NCBI GenBank assembly: GCA_035656555.1
Contig: DASRSJ010000054.1
Location: 1 to 54,124 of the forward strand
Length of the DNA stretch: 54,124 bases
Source of the DNA: Opitutaceae bacterium
Lineage (GTDB): Bacteria; Verrucomicrobiota; Verrucomicrobiia; Opitutales; Opitutaceae
Direction: 5' to 3'
The position numbers and the translations under genes were made by a program. Under the pieces are notes generated by a model, which saw only the letters and a list, made by a program, of their open reading frames with translations, ran no database searches and had not been told where the DNA came from. Within the stretch, counting starts at the first letter, position 1; the number at the start of each line of letters is the position of its first letter. This document shows, piece after piece, positions 39,701-48,470 of the stretch.

Positions 39701-40099
39701 TGAACCGACAATGTGGCCGTCCGGCTCGGAGTACATGAAGTCACCCAGTCCGACGATTCCCGTCAGATTGGGCAGGGTCGTGTCCAGGGTTCCGTCGTTG
39801 TTGATGCGGACGATGTTCGTGCCTGAGGAGGGATAGGATGTGCCGTCTACATCATCGAAAATCCCGTTGAAAATGTATCTGCCGTCGGATTGCGCCGCCC
39901 AGGACAAGATGCCGTTGTTCGGATGACTCGTCTGCTCGAGGTAGGTCAGCTGAGGACTGTACGAAGGATCAACTTGCCAGAACTGAGCCCGCAGTACGGC
40001 AGGAGCGAGGACAAGGAGAGCCCAGACCAGCGGGCCCAGAGCTATGCGCGTGGATTTTCTGCGCGGTGCGGGGCTGACGGATGGGGTGGTTGTAAGCAT
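36797..40099 (-). CDS. Large secreted multi-domain surface protein (delta-60-like repeats, 4 Ig-like domains, PT linker, 2 C-terminal NISTR-type domains)
   Basis: Signal peptide. Repeats of the N(P)DG(T/S)xDxxF type occur (NNDGTLDTTL, NPDGSVQSGF, NPDGTTDAGF, GSDGSIDTSF). Four Ig-like modules carry YQW..G....A and DAG.Y motifs. The two terminal modules begin LINISTRG and LVNISTRA. Confidence 0.8.
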   Translation of the reverse strand: MLTTTPSVSPAPRRKSTRIALGPLVWALLVLAPAVLRAQFWQVDPSYSPQLTYLEQTSHPNNGILSWAAQSDGRYIFNGIFDDVDGTSYPSSGTNIVRINNDGTLDTTLPNLTGIVGLGDFMYSEPDGHIVGSNGTSEVNYLINPDGSVQSGFALAAPSSFVIAGMDSSGRIYAFNNSRILARYNPDGTTDAGFSNLTALSSGQLPKVLPLDDAKSFVVIPQTVGLGVNIKRLGSDGSIDTSFSTVASRNDGTVGVAGYCTFSDDSLLTVIENNFPNGQTYFACIHYSAAGAQDYSYSFVHGGADAPIFAGAAYDLLLRIGGTVATLSVNGATIRVSSAGVATVVDSAAGFYTFYALPTRLSRVTPGTSPSVPTTPVFFTQPTGYTGLANSVTMTALAVGLQAFTYQWFQDGIPVAGATSNSYTINGSLIDAGVYYLQATYNGVSASSQTATITFTDPPVISIPPAGASVSVGDSLTLNVTAHGGGTLSYQWEKNTAPITNATSSFLSLQNIQLGDAGSYQVVVSNAYGTATSTAAMLAVASGPTPIPTPTPTPTPTATPTPTYTPTPTQDTTPTPIPSPTPTRNVTPTPSSTPTPSATPTPTPTSATPPTPSPTGTTTVTPTPAPTSPPVVVLSQAGTPPSAQVLPVSQSVPAGQGATFTVSSTDALSGYQWYFDGAAIPSATGPSYSIASAGVGDAGSYTVSATGASGNVVSSGALLAIDSAGSPQVPAQPQPQTVTAGSTVIFSIENGSIVSTADHISPKVQTAASGTSYQWFENGVSLQGATGPSLLISVPAGGNSAYFNCLLTNASGSTLTSAAKLNVVTTTNPGHLINISTRGMVQTGGGIMIAGVVLKGGSGANDPVLIRASGPALTSFGVTGTLADPRIVLLSDQDVIATDTGWGGSAGIFSEASSVGAFTWGATATPDSAISTSLEQGSYTAQVSSAGGSTGVSLVEVYDATNGAFQGASAPHLVNISTRAYVGTGGNILIAGFVIGGTTSQTVLIRASGPALNAFNVPGTIPDPRLTLVSDQKTIATNAGWNGDALVAAEAAAAGAFSWGTAATLDSAILITLPPGSYTAQVQGASGDTGIALVEVYAIP
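38210..38470 (-). repeat. Coding low-complexity Pro/Thr linker (about 87 codons)
   Basis: Translates to GPTPIPTPTPTPTPTATPTPTYTPTPT...TPTPAPTSPP. The degenerate ACN-CCN periodicity is visible in the DNA. Confidence 0.9.
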
Positions 40100-40224
40100 G
40101 GGCTCTGGCGCCGGTCAGGACGGTCCTGTCGAACTCAGGGTCAGCAAGGTAAGCCTTTGGCACCCCTTGCGATAACCCGTTTTACGTAAATCTACGTCCT
40201 GGATCATTTCCCAACCCATGCCGG

Positions 40225-42345
40225 TCACTCCCTGATCTCTGAGAGCACGAAGGCGTAGTCGAACGCCGTCTCCCGCAGGGCGTCGTACCGGCCGCTCGAG
40301 CCGCCGTGGCCTGCGGGATCGAGACTGATCTTAAGGAGCAGCGGGTTCGAGTCGGTCTTCGTGGCCCGCAGCTTCGCGACCAGCTTGCTGCCCTCCCAGT
40401 ACGGGACCTGGCTGTCGTTGAGCGCGGTCGTGACCAAGGTCGCCGGATAGGCCTGCGCCTTCACGTTGTCGTACGGCGAGTAGGCGCGTATCCAGCCGTA
40501 CTCGGCGGCGACGTTCGGGTTGCCCCACTCGATGTACTCGCCGGTCGTGAGCGGCAGGGAGGCGTCGAGCATCGTGTTGATCACGTCGACGAAGGGTACC
40601 TTGGAGACGACACACTTGTAGAGGTCGGGCCTCAGGTTGGCGACAGCCCCAAGGAGGAGGCCGCCGGCGCTCCCGCCGTAGATCCCCAGCTTCTCCTTGG
40701 TAGAGTAGCCCGACTTCTCGAGGTACTCGGCGCAGGCGATGAAGTCAGTGAAGGTCGTCATCTTCCTCTCCATGCGCCCCGCGTCGCGCCAGGGCTCTCC
40801 CAGCTCGCCGCCGCCGCGGATGTGGGCGACCGCGAAGATAACCCCGCGGTCGAGCAGGCTCAGGCGCGCGCTTGAGAAGCTGTCCGGGATGCTGAGGCCG
40901 TAGCTTCCGTAGCCGTAGAGGAGGAGCGGCTGGGGCCCGCTCTTCCTGAGCGACTTCTGGTAGACAAGCGTCACCGGGATCAGGGTGCCGTCGGACGCCG
41001 GGGCCATCACGCGCTCGCAGGCGTAGTTCGAGGGCGAGTAGCCGCCCAGGACCTCGTCCTGCTTCACGAGCACCGACTTGCGGGTGCCCATGTCGTACGA
41101 AAACACCGAGGGCGCCGTGACGGGCGACGTGTAGCTGTACCTTAGCTGCGCCGTGTCGTACTCGGCGTTGGTGGCGAGCGAGGCCTCATAGGAGGGTTCC
41201 GGGAACTCCACCCTGTGCCGCTCGCCGGTCTTCAGGTTGATCACCTCGATCTGGGGAAGGCCCGCCTCACGCTCGCTGACAACGGCGTAGTCATGGAACA
41301 TCGAGACCGCGCTCACCTTGACCTTGGCGTCGGCGGCAACGAAATCCGTCCAGTGGTCCTCGCCGGGGGTGGCGACCGGGGCCGTCACCACCTTGTAGTT
41401 CTCCGCGTCCTTGTTCGTCACGATGTAGAACAGGCCGTCCCGGTGCTCGACCCGGTACTTGCGCTCGGGCTTCCTGGGCTCGATCAGGGTCCATTCCCCG
41501 AGCGGCGCGTCCGCCGTGAGTGCGCGCACCTCCGAGGAGCGCTTGCTGGCCACGGTGCAGAAGATGAACTTCCGGTCGTCCGAACGGCCGACGCCCACGG
41601 AGTACAGCTCGTCCTTCTCCTCGAGGAGGACCTGCGGCTTGCCGGTGGCCAGGTCGCAGCGCCCGAGGAGGTGGGACCTCTTGGAGATCGGGTCCTCCTG
41701 GGTATAGAAGAGGGTCTTGTTGTCGCTGGCCCAGACGATGCCCGAGGCCTTGCCGACGGACTGCGGCACGAGTTCGCCGGTCCGCAGGTCCTTCACGTAG
41801 AGGTCGTAGTCGCGGTGGCCCGTCGTGTCGGTCGAGTAGGCGAGGAAGTTGCCGTCGTCGCTCACCTCGTAGTCGCCCAAGCCGATGAACTTGAGGCCCG
41901 CGCCGAGCGCGTTCAGGTCGAGGGTCACTACCTCCGGCGCATCGGCGAGGGCCTTGAGCTTCCGGCAATAAATCCTGTACTGCTTCCCCTGTTCGGTCCT
42001 CGAGTAATACAGCCAGTCCCCGTCTGGGTAGGCCGCGCTGGAGTCGGTCTCCTTGATTCTGCCGACCATCTCCTTGTAGAGCGTGTCCTGGAGCGGCTTC
42101 GTTGGCGCCATGACTGCCTCCGTGTAGGCGTTCTCGGACTTCAGGTAGTCGATTACGGCGGGGTTCGCCTTATCGCGGAGCCAGAAGTAGTCGTCGATGC
42201 GCCTGTCGCCGTGGACTGTGACGTCCTTGGGAATCTTGGTCGCCACCGGCGGCGTGAGCCCGTCGGTCGCAAGCTGGGCGCCGAGGTTGAGGGACGAGGC
42301 GAGCATGAGAGCCGTCAGGATGCGCAGTCCGGGAGCGTGGTCCAT
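40225..42345 (-). CDS. ptrB: Oligopeptidase B / S9 prolyl-oligopeptidase family protease, secreted
   Basis: RIDDYFWLRDKANPAVIDYLKSENAYT is typical of protease II. The catalytic Ser motif is GGSAGGLL. A signal peptide is present when started at MDHAPGLRIL (ATG 42345). Confidence 0.85.
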   Translation of the reverse strand: MDHAPGLRILTALMLASSLNLGAQLATDGLTPPVATKIPKDVTVHGDRRIDDYFWLRDKANPAVIDYLKSENAYTEAVMAPTKPLQDTLYKEMVGRIKETDSSAAYPDGDWLYYSRTEQGKQYRIYCRKLKALADAPEVVTLDLNALGAGLKFIGLGDYEVSDDGNFLAYSTDTTGHRDYDLYVKDLRTGELVPQSVGKASGIVWASDNKTLFYTQEDPISKRSHLLGRCDLATGKPQVLLEEKDELYSVGVGRSDDRKFIFCTVASKRSSEVRALTADAPLGEWTLIEPRKPERKYRVEHRDGLFYIVTNKDAENYKVVTAPVATPGEDHWTDFVAADAKVKVSAVSMFHDYAVVSEREAGLPQIEVINLKTGERHRVEFPEPSYEASLATNAEYDTAQLRYSYTSPVTAPSVFSYDMGTRKSVLVKQDEVLGGYSPSNYACERVMAPASDGTLIPVTLVYQKSLRKSGPQPLLLYGYGSYGLSIPDSFSSARLSLLDRGVIFAVAHIRGGGELGEPWRDAGRMERKMTTFTDFIACAEYLEKSGYSTKEKLGIYGGSAGGLLLGAVANLRPDLYKCVVSKVPFVDVINTMLDASLPLTTGEYIEWGNPNVAAEYGWIRAYSPYDNVKAQAYPATLVTTALNDSQVPYWEGSKLVAKLRATKTDSNPLLLKISLDPAGHGGSSGRYDALRETAFDYAFVLSEIRE

Positions 42346-42424
42346 AGGATTAAGGGTGCGTGCGGGCGACGCGCCCGAGCATCCCAAGCGTAGCCGTTTC
42401 GGGGCCGGATGGGAAGCTGCGCCG

Positions 42425-42991
42425 CTACGCCGAGAAATTCGGGTCGATGTCCCCGTAGTCCCGGCGCACCTTCTCCACGTTCTCGCGGTACTCCCGGGCG
42501 TTCCCGTACTCCATGAACTTGTCGTAGCGGCTGTGGGAGCAGTGCTCGCAGCTCAGGTGCTTGATCGGGCACCAGTGCTGCTCGGTCCTGGCCGCGATCT
42601 CCGCGATGTACCCGAGGATCCCGTTCACGTAGGCGCAGTACTCGCAATTGGCCTTCTCGAAGATGTTGAGGTAGGTCAGGTGCCTGCGGTCGAACTTCAC
42701 GTACTCCCGGCGGTGGACCTTGGGGATGCCGTAGATCGGGAAGCAGATCGACTGGTAGATCGTTCCCACGATGTCGGTGAAGATGATGGGAATCGCGCAC
42801 ATCCAGATGACGGGGGAGCTGATGAGGACGAAGAAGCGGGATTCCAGGATGTAGTGATGTCCCTTCTTCCGGAAGCTGCGGTGCTCCTCGAGCTCGGCCT
42901 CGGTGAAGTGGGTCTTGATCTCCTTGTACTTAGAGCACCCGGTGGCGCCCGTGGGCATGTCCTGTCTAGAGCTGGAGTCTAGGGAATTCAT
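42425..42991 (-). CDS. Cys-rich small membrane protein, unknown function
   Basis: 188 aa with one clear hydrophobic helix pair (FFVLISSPVIWMCAIPIIFTDIVGTIY). Cys motifs are CEYC and WCPIKHLSCEHC. GC3 is coding-like. Confidence 0.6.
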   Translation of the reverse strand: MNSLDSSSRQDMPTGATGCSKYKEIKTHFTEAELEEHRSFRKKGHHYILESRFFVLISSPVIWMCAIPIIFTDIVGTIYQSICFPIYGIPKVHRREYVKFDRRHLTYLNIFEKANCEYCAYVNGILGYIAEIAARTEQHWCPIKHLSCEHCSHSRYDKFMEYGNAREYRENVEKVRRDYGDIDPNFSA

Positions 42992-43078
42992 ATGGGGTTG
43001 ACCGCGAGGGCCATATGAAGGGACAGCATTCCCGGCAAAAGGTGCGCCCGTTCCGGGTACCGAAGCCTCGTGCTTGGC

Positions 43079-45073
43079 CTAGACCTTCGGCTTTGGAAGC
43101 AGCTTCGCGACCACCACCAGCAGCACGACGACGACCAGGCTGAGCGCCCCCCAAAAGACGAAGCCGCCATTCAGGCCCGCGAATACCGTCCTCGGCGAGG
43201 AGGCATCCGCCACGTCGTCGCCCAGATGGGCGGAACTGCGGGGCGAGGTGAGAAGGCGCCAGGAAACTAGGCCGAGGTCGTAGCGGGGCGCCATGGCGTC
43301 GGCGTTGCCGTAGGCGAGCGCGTACCCGTCGGAGTCCGCCACCTTGAACACCATGCGGACGACGGGGTAGACCGCCTGCACCGTCCCCAGGGAGATGGCG
43401 GGATTGTCGCCATTGTCGCACTCGATCCAGAGGACGTCGGAGTCCATGCGGTCCGGCAGGACGAAAGCCCTGTTCTCCGGTGCCCCAGGCGTGGGCGTGC
43501 GGTTCCACGAACCCGATGAGAGGGTGTCCTCCAGCGTGCCGCCGTCCTGGCCGGAGCGCTTCTCAAAGATGCGGATCTGCCGCTCAAAAAGGTTCGTGGA
43601 CGAGGACAGGACGATGCTCGTCACAGGCAGCCCGGACTTGGGCAGCTGCACCTTCCAAATGCTCACCGACGGCCTCTTCGGATCCGGCTCGGACTCGGCG
43701 GTGATGCTGAGCGAGCGGGCAAGGCCGGGCTGCTCGAGGACATAGGGAATCTGGTTGCCTGCATGGAGCAGCCTGAGATCCCCAAAGTCCGAGCGCACCT
43801 TCGAGAGCACGCCGAGGTCGAGCTCGAGTTCCTGGACTCCCGTGGCGGAGACCTGGACCGCCCTCTTGATCTTCCAGGCCGTCGCATCCAGTGGCGCGCC
43901 GGCCAGCGGGACTTCCGGCATCGGCGGGGTGCCGAGCGACTGGGGGGCATGGTAGTCGGGTGTGTCCTCGACCGGGCCGGGAGAGACGGTGGTCGCCTTC
44001 GCGCCGCGCATCTCCGCCGCGAAGGCGGCGAGGTCGTACTGGGGTGCGCCGACCTGCGGGTTGCCGGTTAAGAGCGAGTAGGCCCCGGGTGCCGGGGCCA
44101 TGAAGAGGAGACTGACCGGCCACCGCTTGAACGTCACGGCGTCGACCGCGAGCGGCTGCGAGTCGCCGTTGTGGATGTGGATCAGGAGCTCGCGTGTGGC
44201 CGGCGTTACGACGAAGGGCAGCTCGAGGCCCTCACGGGCCTGGCCGCCGCCCAAGGCAACGCGGAATATCGTGCCGGAGCCGATGATGCGCTCGCCGGGC
44301 ACGGCGTCGCGCATCTCGCGCACCGAGATCGTGACCCTGCGCATGAAGAGGGGGTCCTTGGTCTCGAAGGCAACGGCCGCGAGCGGAAGGTTCCGCCCGT
44401 CGAGGGCCACCGTCAGCACGCTCTCCCCGGCAAACTCGTCCCGCGAGGTGATGCGCGAGCCGACGCTCACCGGCTCCGGCGCAGGCGCCGCCTCCTCGGA
44501 AAGCCATGCGCCGACGAAGGGAAGCGGGACCTCGCGGTTGTCGGACACCGTTATCCGGATGAAGCCGGCCACGCGGCCGCCGAGCGGGACGGAGAGCTTC
44601 TCCGCGCCCCACTCGCGAAAGAGCGGCACGCCGTCGTCGAGCGTCGTCCAGGAAAAGCCCGACTCGGAGATCTCGATCCTTGCGGCCCTCAGGAAGAACG
44701 GCGCGGGGGTGTCCAAGGTGACCCAGGACAGGCCTTCCTTTGAGCCCGTCTTTATCAGGATAACGGTCGTTCCCGGACCGACCTTGGTCTCGAAGCCTTC
44801 CGGGCGGGCGACGCGCGGGGAGGGAACCGGGGGTCGGTCGACCAGTACGGCCGTCTCGCGTCCGGAGGGATCCAGCACCCTCAGGTCCTCCTGGCGTGAG
44901 CCGGCCGAGTCGAAGGTCGCCGCCGGCAGCTCGACGCGCACGAGGCCCGGCTCGACCACGGTGACGGCCTGGCGGTGCTGCCACTCCGTGGGCGTGAGGG
45001 CTGCGCAGCTGGCGGCGCCCAGCAGGGCGATCGCCGCGGTGAGGCTAAGCCGGTGGCGACGCGCGCTTTTCAT
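43079..45073 (-). CDS. DUF3999-like protein, internally duplicated, with C-terminal TM anchor
   Basis: Started at MKSARRHRL (ATG 45073) it has a signal peptide. Two homologous halves follow, and the C-terminus is the hydrophobic anchor FVFWGALSLVVVVLLVVVAKLL. Confidence 0.65.
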   Translation of the reverse strand: MKSARRHRLSLTAAIALLGAASCAALTPTEWQHRQAVTVVEPGLVRVELPAATFDSAGSRQEDLRVLDPSGRETAVLVDRPPVPSPRVARPEGFETKVGPGTTVILIKTGSKEGLSWVTLDTPAPFFLRAARIEISESGFSWTTLDDGVPLFREWGAEKLSVPLGGRVAGFIRITVSDNREVPLPFVGAWLSEEAAPAPEPVSVGSRITSRDEFAGESVLTVALDGRNLPLAAVAFETKDPLFMRRVTISVREMRDAVPGERIIGSGTIFRVALGGGQAREGLELPFVVTPATRELLIHIHNGDSQPLAVDAVTFKRWPVSLLFMAPAPGAYSLLTGNPQVGAPQYDLAAFAAEMRGAKATTVSPGPVEDTPDYHAPQSLGTPPMPEVPLAGAPLDATAWKIKRAVQVSATGVQELELDLGVLSKVRSDFGDLRLLHAGNQIPYVLEQPGLARSLSITAESEPDPKRPSVSIWKVQLPKSGLPVTSIVLSSSTNLFERQIRIFEKRSGQDGGTLEDTLSSGSWNRTPTPGAPENRAFVLPDRMDSDVLWIECDNGDNPAISLGTVQAVYPVVRMVFKVADSDGYALAYGNADAMAPRYDLGLVSWRLLTSPRSSAHLGDDVADASSPRTVFAGLNGGFVFWGALSLVVVVLLVVVAKLLPKPKV

Positions 45074-48000
45074 TGCTCGGAAGGAAACGTTGGTAGGCAA
45101 AGGAGGCCACGATCGCGATGACCGCGACCGCGAAGAGGGCGCCGACCCGGTAGAGCGCCTCGAGGTGGGCCAGGTCGTTGAAGAAGAGCTTCAGCAGCGC
45201 GACGCTGAGGAGGGCGATGGCCGCGTACCTCACATACGGCTGCTTCTTCCAGATGCCGGCCGCAAGGAGGCCGAGGGCGAAGAGGGCCCATGCGATCGTG
45301 TAGCACATGTCGCGCGCGAAGTTTCCGGAGAAATCAAACGCAAGGGAGCGGGACCCCGGGGCCGTGAAATAATCGGCGATCTCGATGTTCAGGAGCAGGA
45401 AGGAAAGGACGACACCCAGCGCGTACGTGACGGACTGGGCGTTGATGCCGAAGACAGACTCGCGGGGCGGGGCCAGGAGCCGGGAGGCCGTGAAGAGGGA
45501 GGCGATCGCGAGGCCGTAGGCGTAGAGGTACCAGTTAAGAAGGGGCGCCGCGCCGCGCGTGTGGTACTCGAGGACCGCGGGATTGAGCGCCAGTCTCGCG
45601 AACGCCGTGACAAGGAGGACGAAGCCCGTGGCCCTGAGGCCGGCGTGGGGCACGCGGTGATAGAGCCAGAGGAGCGCCGCTCCCTCCAGGGCCCACGCCA
45701 CCGTGAGCCACTGGCGGTCGAACTGGACGGGGAAGATGAGCGTGATGAAGAAGAGCGCCACGCCGCCGAACCAGGCCAGCTGGTTCAGCTTCGCCGGATT
45801 CTCCGCGTCCTTGGAGCGCAGGATGAGGGCAAGGCTCACGAGGGGAGCCACCGCGAACGCTGCGGGAATGAGGCCCAGGGCGGGGCTCGGCCACGCGAGC
45901 TTGATCGTTTCGTAGGTCATCCAGAAGTGCGCCACCCCGCTCAACGCGGCAACGGCCCACGGGCCCGTCATCCTGACGAATTTGGCCCTGAAGATGAAGG
46001 GGAAGACCGCGAACGAGGCGTAGAACACGAGGTACCAGGTGAGCGGCACCGTCGCCGAGGCCACGTTGAAGTGGCGCGTGTGCCACATGTATTCCAGGGA
46101 TGCGATGCCGGCGAGGGCGCACGCCGGCAGCCACTCAAGCTCCAGGATGACGGAGAGCCCGAGCGTCAGGACGACCAGGAGGAAGCCGAGCCCGAAGACC
46201 ATCGACGGGTCGGGGACCCTGAGCCTCGCGCAGACCATGATGAGGAGCAGGAAGGGCAATAGGGCAGAGAAGGCCGGGATCTGACTCTGTCCGCTCCCCA
46301 GGAGGCCCTTGAACCTCGGGTCCACGCTGGGCACGGAGCCGCCCATTTTCCGCACGAGCCACAGGCCGCCGATGAAGAAGAGGAGCGCAAAGCCGCCGAT
46401 GACGAGGAGGAGCGACGGGTCGACGAGCGCGTCCACCGGCCCGCGGAAGATGGACATGCCTGTCGCGGCGAGGGTCAGGACCAGCACGGCGGCGACGGAC
46501 ATCAGGGAGGCGGAGACGACGGCCAGCGCGATCGCCACCAGGTCAACGAGCAGGATCGCCGGCCAGACGAGGAAGGACACCGCCGCCATGCTGTAGATCG
46601 GGAACATCATCAGGATCAGCGCCAGCGGGGGGAATATCTGCTTCCAGAAGGACGGGACCATCCCCGGCCGGCGCCTCTCGAGCACGATCGGGAACGCCGT
46701 GTGGAGGATCGCGAAGAGCAGGCTGGCGCTGAGGGACCACTTCAGGAGCGGGTCGGTCAGGCTCTGCATGGTCCAGACCGAGAGAAGCGCGAATACCGCG
46801 GCGCCCGCTCCGACGTGCAGCTCGGGATTTTCCTCGTCCAGCCACGCAACCGCGAGGAGCATCAGGTCGGCGCCGAACACGAGCCCGAGGACGAGGCCCG
46901 GCCGCGAGCCCATCTGCAGGTTCACGATCATGTAGAGCGCGATCACGAGGCCGACGGCCGGCATCCCGACCGCGGACCAGAGGACCGCGGGGCCCGCCCG
47001 CCCGAGGCGGCGCGCCGCGACGTACGCGATCAGGAAAAGGGCGCTGAAGCCCAGGCACACGGCGACGACGACCGGCGCGTCGGCGACCTTCACACTGCCC
47101 ACAAGCCACCTCGCGATGACAAGCGCCGTGAAGGCCGCGGCCGCAAACACGAGCTGGTCCATCTTCTCCCGCCAGGCGAGGATCAGGGTGAAGAGGGCGG
47201 CGCCGAGGACGAATGAGAAGATGAGGCCCGCCTGGTCCGCCACCTGCGGGAAGCTCAGGAAATAGAGGGCGAAGCAGAAGGCGAGGGCGGGTAGGGCGAT
47301 GGCCGTGCGGCCGAGCACGCGGGTGTCGCGTCCCATGCGCCTCGCGACCTCGGTGGCCGCCGTGAAGAGGGCGCAGTAGCCGAGGCACACCACCATGGCC
47401 GTCACCGTCTTCTCGGGCGCGTAGAAATTGTCCGCCCAGCCGCAGATCATCAGGACCGTGCCTGCGGCTCCGAGCGGGATAAGGTAGAGCCACTTGCGGT
47501 GCAGCGCGACGGCGATCAGCCCGATGACCAGGAGGGCGACGTAGCCGAAGAGGCCGGCCGGGTTGTCGTGGCCGGAATTGAGCAGCTTGGGCGTGAGGAA
47601 TCCGCCGAGGATGCCAAGGACCGCGACGACCTGCGCGTCCAGTCTCACGGCGAGGACGAAGGCCGCCGCCGTGATGAGGCTCATCATCAGGAAGGTCTCA
47701 AGCGGGCCGAAGTACGCGAAGTGGTAGACCGAGTTCGCCGCGAACGTGACGGCGTAGAGGGAGACGACGCCCGAGGCCACGAGCGTCTGGGAGGTTATGC
47801 CGTAGGCCTCGCGGGAAATCTTCAGTCCCCCGACGATCAGGCCGACGCCGAGGATGAAACCCATGGCGACCCTCACCTGCGGCGGTATCAGGTCATGCTC
47901 GAACGAGTACTTCACGAAGAACGCCACGCCGAGGAAGAGGGCGAGGCCGCCCAGCCAGGCGAAGAGCTTGGCGCCCATGAACTGCTCCCAGTTGATCGCC

Positions 48001-48461
48001 GGGGCCCTGGGCCCGGACTCGTGGACCAGCTCGCGGATGGGCTCCGGCTCGGGCGGGCGTTCCTCGAGCGCCGCATGCGTCGCAATCCCCCCGAGGATCG
48101 GCGGGGCCTCAAGGACGGGTTCAAGCTCCGGTTCAGGAATGGCAGTCTGGGCCACCTCTTTGGGTTCATCCAGGGACTCGAGAGCCTGGGCATACCTCTC
48201 CTCAAAGGGTGGCAATTCTTCCTTGGGCTCTTCGTCCCTAGTCGGCTCGGCCGACGCCTCGGGAGTTTTAGCCAGCCTCTCGATGGGGACGCTCTTCAGC
48301 AGACTCTTGAGGCTGGCCAGGTCAGCATCCTGAATTCGGATCTTCGTCCTGAGTGCCTCGAGGTCCTCGCCGTGCGCCTTGACTCTCATGATGGTCCACA
48401 GCGGCAGGATCAGCAGAACTGCAATCAGGTAGATCGCCAGCACTACGATGAAGGGTCCCAT
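45045..48461 (-). CDS. DUF2339-like giant polytopic membrane protein
   Basis: Started at MGPFIVV (ATG 48461). It has an N-terminal TM helix, a coiled-coil/acidic linker, then WEQFMGAKLFAWLGGLALFLGVAFFVKYSFE and more than 25 further hydrophobic helices. Its 3-prime end overlaps the next gene by 29 nt. Confidence 0.7.
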   Translation of the reverse strand: MGPFIVVLAIYLIAVLLILPLWTIMRVKAHGEDLEALRTKIRIQDADLASLKSLLKSVPIERLAKTPEASAEPTRDEEPKEELPPFEERYAQALESLDEPKEVAQTAIPEPELEPVLEAPPILGGIATHAALEERPPEPEPIRELVHESGPRAPAINWEQFMGAKLFAWLGGLALFLGVAFFVKYSFEHDLIPPQVRVAMGFILGVGLIVGGLKISREAYGITSQTLVASGVVSLYAVTFAANSVYHFAYFGPLETFLMMSLITAAAFVLAVRLDAQVVAVLGILGGFLTPKLLNSGHDNPAGLFGYVALLVIGLIAVALHRKWLYLIPLGAAGTVLMICGWADNFYAPEKTVTAMVVCLGYCALFTAATEVARRMGRDTRVLGRTAIALPALAFCFALYFLSFPQVADQAGLIFSFVLGAALFTLILAWREKMDQLVFAAAAFTALVIARWLVGSVKVADAPVVVAVCLGFSALFLIAYVAARRLGRAGPAVLWSAVGMPAVGLVIALYMIVNLQMGSRPGLVLGLVFGADLMLLAVAWLDEENPELHVGAGAAVFALLSVWTMQSLTDPLLKWSLSASLLFAILHTAFPIVLERRRPGMVPSFWKQIFPPLALILMMFPIYSMAAVSFLVWPAILLVDLVAIALAVVSASLMSVAAVLVLTLAATGMSIFRGPVDALVDPSLLLVIGGFALLFFIGGLWLVRKMGGSVPSVDPRFKGLLGSGQSQIPAFSALLPFLLLIMVCARLRVPDPSMVFGLGFLLVVLTLGLSVILELEWLPACALAGIASLEYMWHTRHFNVASATVPLTWYLVFYASFAVFPFIFRAKFVRMTGPWAVAALSGVAHFWMTYETIKLAWPSPALGLIPAAFAVAPLVSLALILRSKDAENPAKLNQLAWFGGVALFFITLIFPVQFDRQWLTVAWALEGAALLWLYHRVPHAGLRATGFVLLVTAFARLALNPAVLEYHTRGAAPLLNWYLYAYGLAIASLFTASRLLAPPRESVFGINAQSVTYALGVVLSFLLLNIEIADYFTAPGSRSLAFDFSGNFARDMCYTIAWALFALGLLAAGIWKKQPYVRYAAIALLSVALLKLFFNDLAHLEALYRVGALFAVAVIAIVASFAYQRFLPSNEKRASPPA

Positions 48462-48470
48462 TCGCCTGCA

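Noticed and set aside
40154-40172. TTGGCACCCCTTGCG looks like a sigma-54 -24/-12 element
   Set aside because: The GG-to-GC spacing is 2 nt too short. It is also on the plus strand, pointing into the 3-prime end of the minus-strand ptrB gene, so it has nothing to drive.
44100-46262. 720-aa plus-strand ORF across the DUF3999/DUF2339 junction
   Set aside because: It is antisense to two genes with a clear membrane/secreted protein character. The product is an extremely charged, low-complexity sequence (RRR, EEE, DDD runs).
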